Part shown: piece by piece, positions 60,301-64,000 of the stretch
Position numbering within the stretch: position 1 is the stretch's first letter
Layout of the letters: the number at the start of each line of letters is the position of its first letter
NCBI RefSeq assembly: GCF_016432865.1
Contig: NC_067403.1
Coordinates: 255,998,001 to 256,062,000 of the forward strand
Direction of reading: 5' to 3'
Source of the DNA: Antechinus flavipes
Taxonomy: Eukaryota
Length of the DNA: 64,000 bases
Made by a program: the position numbers and the translations under genes
The notes under the pieces: generated by a model
What the model was told of the DNA's origin: nothing
Databases searched by the model: none
Seen by the model: only the letters and a program-made list of their open reading frames with translations

Positions 60301-63300
60301 AAGAAAAGACGCCAGTATCAGGATAAACATCACAAACGAGGTTTTACAGTTTGTAGAAAAAAAAAACCTAAAAGCTTAAGTTAAGCTCTCAATTAAGGTG
60401 TGATGAAGCTGGGCAGCCCTTTGGAAAAGATGGCGGTAGTTATATTGTTTTTTTTCCAACGGACTTTAAAGATTTGCAGATAATGTACTTTTGGGGAGTA
60501 TTAAAGTTTTTTACTGAGTTTTTTGGGTGGGGGTAGATGACTATGAGCTTGTTTCTAAGACTTTCCCCCCCACAGATAACTAGTCAAAATGGGTAGAAGC
60601 ATTGATTGCACTGCAGTGCTGTTGGCAAGAAAAACGCCAGAGATGGCGCAGCTGGCTTTTTTACATTGGAAGAATTGGAAAATGCAGCATGTTGATAACA
60701 TTTCAGTCTTCTCCCTGGAGAGTCTCAGAAGAGCGATAGGCCATGAAGTGTTAAGGAGGTTCGGGGGCCCAAAAACAGTCTGGAGTGAGTCGTAGATGTT
60801 GGAATTGTGGCGGGCTTGGGGCTTGGGTAGGTAATTGTTTATATTTTCAGATTACTGAAAGCCAGAGTCTAATAACTTAGACTGAAAAAAAAAAGAAAAG
60901 CAATTTTCAGGAACTTCCAGAAAGTTGGCAAGTAATTCCCCAAATGTGGTAAATCGTCCATTTAAAAAGTTTGGCAATTGGGGAAAAAATACCTTTTAAG
61001 ACCTTTGGGTCCCTGGAAAAAGTTACAATTCAAGGAGAGAGGAGGAGGAGGAGGAGGAAGGAGGAGAGGTAAAAAGTTCCTAATTGAATCTTTTAAAGTG
61101 GCTGTTCCTAAAAAGTTAAGGAAAGGAAAAGGAAAAAGTGCAATCCATCCATTCATCCATCCATCCATTCCTAAAGTGAAAGGTAAAAAAAATTGGGGTT
61201 TTGAAGGGTTTGTGATGTTACTGTGCTTTTTTTGGCTGAGTGTGTGTGCGTGTGTGTGGGTGGTTTTTTTCTCTTGGCATTTTTTTCAGGTGCTTAATTA
61301 ATTAATAATAGAACTTCAGAGGAAAGGCATTGCTAATGATCCTGAGGGATTCCTTCTCATTCATGGTAGCTTTATATCAAGTAAGATTCTGTTTTCGGTT
61401 GTTAAACAAAGTCTCTTCTTAGTGGAGGAATAAATAAGATGCTTTTCTTTTTGTATGACTGCAACAAGATGTTAAGGTATGCTCTTTTAAGTTCTGTACA
61501 TTTTGAAATTCAAGTAAAAGTTTAAAAATGAATCTTTAACCAAAGTAATTGATTAAAAAAAGTAAGAACTCTATACTCTTTTGGTGAGCTTAAGCTCCAA
61601 ATGTGTTGTCTTTTCTTGTGCGTTTGCGGTGGGGAGGGGAAATCTTTTTTTTTTTTCTGTAGACTCTTTTCAGATAACTTCATCTGATTCATAACCAGCT
61701 TGGCAAAATGGCGGCCTAAATGGAGAGAGAGGGACCAAGCTCCTTGGTGAATGATAAGTAAAAGGCAGAAAAGATTCTAAAATAATCATACCTCATGGGA
61801 GGGAAAAATAACATGCCCTAATAACCTGAGAATGATGCTAACTCCTGGTCAACCACAGAGAATCCATTATCTATCTGCAAATGCAAAAAAAAAAAAAAAA
61901 AAAAAAAGGAAAAATTAAAAAGCGCTAAGCAAGGAAAAAGCTTGTCAATTTTTAAAAAGCTATATGGCTTGACAAATGAGAGAGATCAAAATGGCAAAAA
62001 TCTTTTAAGAACATTATTTATTTACAATGAAGAGAAATGTCACGTTGAAATGCTGCTTTTACAAAAGCAGAATAAGAAAAAAATGAGAGAATTTATTACT
62101 ACATACGAATCATACACGTATACTAAAAATTCCCGGCCTTAGAAGAAGCGAAATGATAATGCAAAGATGAGTGGGAAATGGAGTTGCACAGTTTGGATTT
62201 GAAAGGAGCCTGTGTGCTGTCTGTGTCCGTTTCGTTTGCCTCAGACAGGTGTCTCTGTTGAAGAGTTCATTTCATCTGGGAAGCAGAAAACAGCAGGCAT
62301 CTCTTAACAGATAAGTTTAATTTGCCTTAGCAGTTAATTGCATGTCAGGGATAATAAGTAAATGCTTTTTAAGTCATGTTTCAGGTCTGAGGCCTCTGTA
62401 AAGTAGCCCTTTTTCTGCAAAAATAACCAGTAGCTTTTCTGTTCTGTAGATGCTGCACTGGGGAGAACTCCCCCCTAATCTTTAGAAATAGATGAAATCT
62501 AGTTTTATTTTCTCTGCCAGAGTTGGCTTTTCTGAAGCTGGGATGGATCTGTGTTCCTCCCGGTAACTGCAGTTTAGCTAAAAATAGCAAATGTTCTTTA
62601 AGAGTAGGATTGTTATTTTTGTAAAGTCTCTAATAATTGCCTATTTAAGTAGAACTTTAATCGACTTTTGTAGGCTGTCTGTTTTGTGGTTGGTGTCGGG
62701 CAATCTTGGGGGGGGATTCTTCTCTAATCTTTCAGAACTCTGCGAACAAACTTTAATGGACAAGATCAGGATTGAGCTGAAGATGGAAATTGAACTTAAT
62801 ACAGGCAGGAAAGACTTAAAAAGAAACTTTTAAATCCACCCCTCGGCAATGTAGAGCTAAATGACCAGCACTAATAATCCAGGCACTTTGGGCAGTAGAG
62901 GCCCTCTAAATAAGGAGTAAAAAAACCAAAACAAAACCAAAAAAAACCTCTTAGACAGTTGGGACACATGTGCAGGTAATCGCTTAAATCATCCAGCAGC
63001 GGTAAGGGCTTCTATATCCAGAACAGGTGATTGTGGTGATTCGGCAGCAGCCAGGCTTGAAGATTTGAACTCAGGAAGAAAGCTCAGGCAGTTTGCACAC
63101 TCCCGAGAGACTGCATGCCGATGTGGAATGCTGACGCCATCTCATGTAGCCTGTTATTCTGGGGCCGGGGCATGTGGGGGGGGGGGGCTCTTTTTTGTTT
63201 CTAGACTTTTCCTTTGCAGAGAGGCTTCATTTCACCCTTCATGAAGCTGCTCAGGATTTGACATGCATAATAAGCAAGCGCTTGGCTCTGCTCTTCTAGT

Positions 63301-64000
63301 GTGTGAGTCCCCGCAGTGATGAGTAAATCCTTGGTCTCTTGGAAACTCTGCTCCTTTTGTTCTGAGGGAAAGGGCGGCTCAGGCCGGGCGGGGGGCTTAC
63401 TTGTTTTGTAGCTTTTCTTTTTACAGACTTCACCCAGAATGAATGCAGTGTCTTGACAGCAGGTCTGGTCTGTTGGCAAGTAATGGGCCGTGTGCTTGGT
63501 CTGCTGGGTGTAATAGAGCGCATTTTGAAGCGACTGGAGTATGAGTTATTAAAAATGGTTCCCAATGCTTGGAGTAGTGATTGTGGATGGAGAATCCAGC
63601 TGATGAGTGGTTATTTATTTAAAAAAAAACATGCTGAGTGTTGAAAGGAAATTTCTGCAGCTTTAAGCAGCCGTGTTTGTGATTTGAACCCCCTCAGTCT
63701 GGCAAGTTGTGCTTACTTCCTTTTGGTAAAGATGCTTTTTTTGTTCCCTTTTCTGTCGGGGCGGTGGGGGGGCACTGAAGCCTTTAGTCTTTTCCAGATG
63801 GAGTCATTAAAAAATCAGTTCAAGAAATTACATTGCAAACAAGCAGAAAATGTTGAAGACACTTAATGGCAAGTGAAAATCCAAAATTGCAGCAGTTCAG
63901 TAGCAGTGCATATTGTCCAAGTCTCTCTCTTTTTTCCCTCGCTTGTCTTAACTGTCATATGCAGGAACACACAAAACTCGCTTCTCCCTTGTGATGGGCC
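57329..64000 (+). ncRNA. MALAT1: MALAT1 (NEAT2) orthologue, 3' end beyond the window
   Basis: Collinear blocks I recognise from eutherian MALAT1: tcttgtctgaagctttt (59849), tatcaggataa (60316), aatgatcctga...atggtagcttt...tcaagtaagattct (61336-61390), cataaccagc...ctccttggtgaatgataagtaaaaggcagaaaagatt (61690-61776), gtttcgtttgcctcagacaggt (62229), ggcaatcttgggggggattcttctctaatctttcagaa (62699), agaggccctctaaataagga (62897), cccaatgcttggagtagtgattgt (63561), tgaagcctttagtcttttccagatg (63776). TSS estimated from the TATA box. Confidence 0.95.
57850..58900 (+). repeat. A/G-rich degenerate repeat domain within the MALAT1 5' region
   Basis: Recurring AACAATTTGAAGAA(G)GAAAATAGAAGTTAGAAAA-like units (e.g. 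~58285, ~58387) with strong purine bias. Confidence 0.8.

Noticed and set aside
1-64000. A second ENE/A-tract/tRNA-like cassette elsewhere in the window
   Set aside because: Scanning by eye for TTTTGCTTTT and AAAAGCAAAA gave only isolated partial matches (e.g. ~37860, ~40960) without flanking stems or a cloverleaf; a covariance-model scan would be more sensitive.

Overview
Mammalian genomic DNA, most likely a marsupial (dasyurid-like, inferred from WSINE1-type and MAR1 SINEs and the L1 3' ends). I find no credible protein-coding gene. The window is the tandem lncRNA locus NEAT1 -> MALAT1, both on the + strand. Bases 1-11293 are inferred to be the 3' part of the long NEAT1 isoform (MEN-beta/NEAT1_2). 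It ends in a complete triple-helix element (U-rich ENE at 11204-11256 plus genomic A-tract AAAAAGCAAAA at 11283-11293), followed directly by a tRNA-like cloverleaf (menRNA, 11294-11346). A roughly 46 kb spacer contains SINEs, L1/L2 fragments, solo LTRs, a hAT MITE, a 620-N gap, a G-quadruplex VNTR between two divergent CTCF-like sites, and several promoter-like motif clusters. MALAT1 starts near 57329, downstream of a GC box and TATA box, and runs off the window end; its triple helix and mascRNA lie outside. The best leads are the menRNA variant, a C-free GA array just upstream of the triple helix, and repeated G-run plus double-AG acceptor modules inside intronless MALAT1. Comparisons to human sequences are from memory and were not computed.
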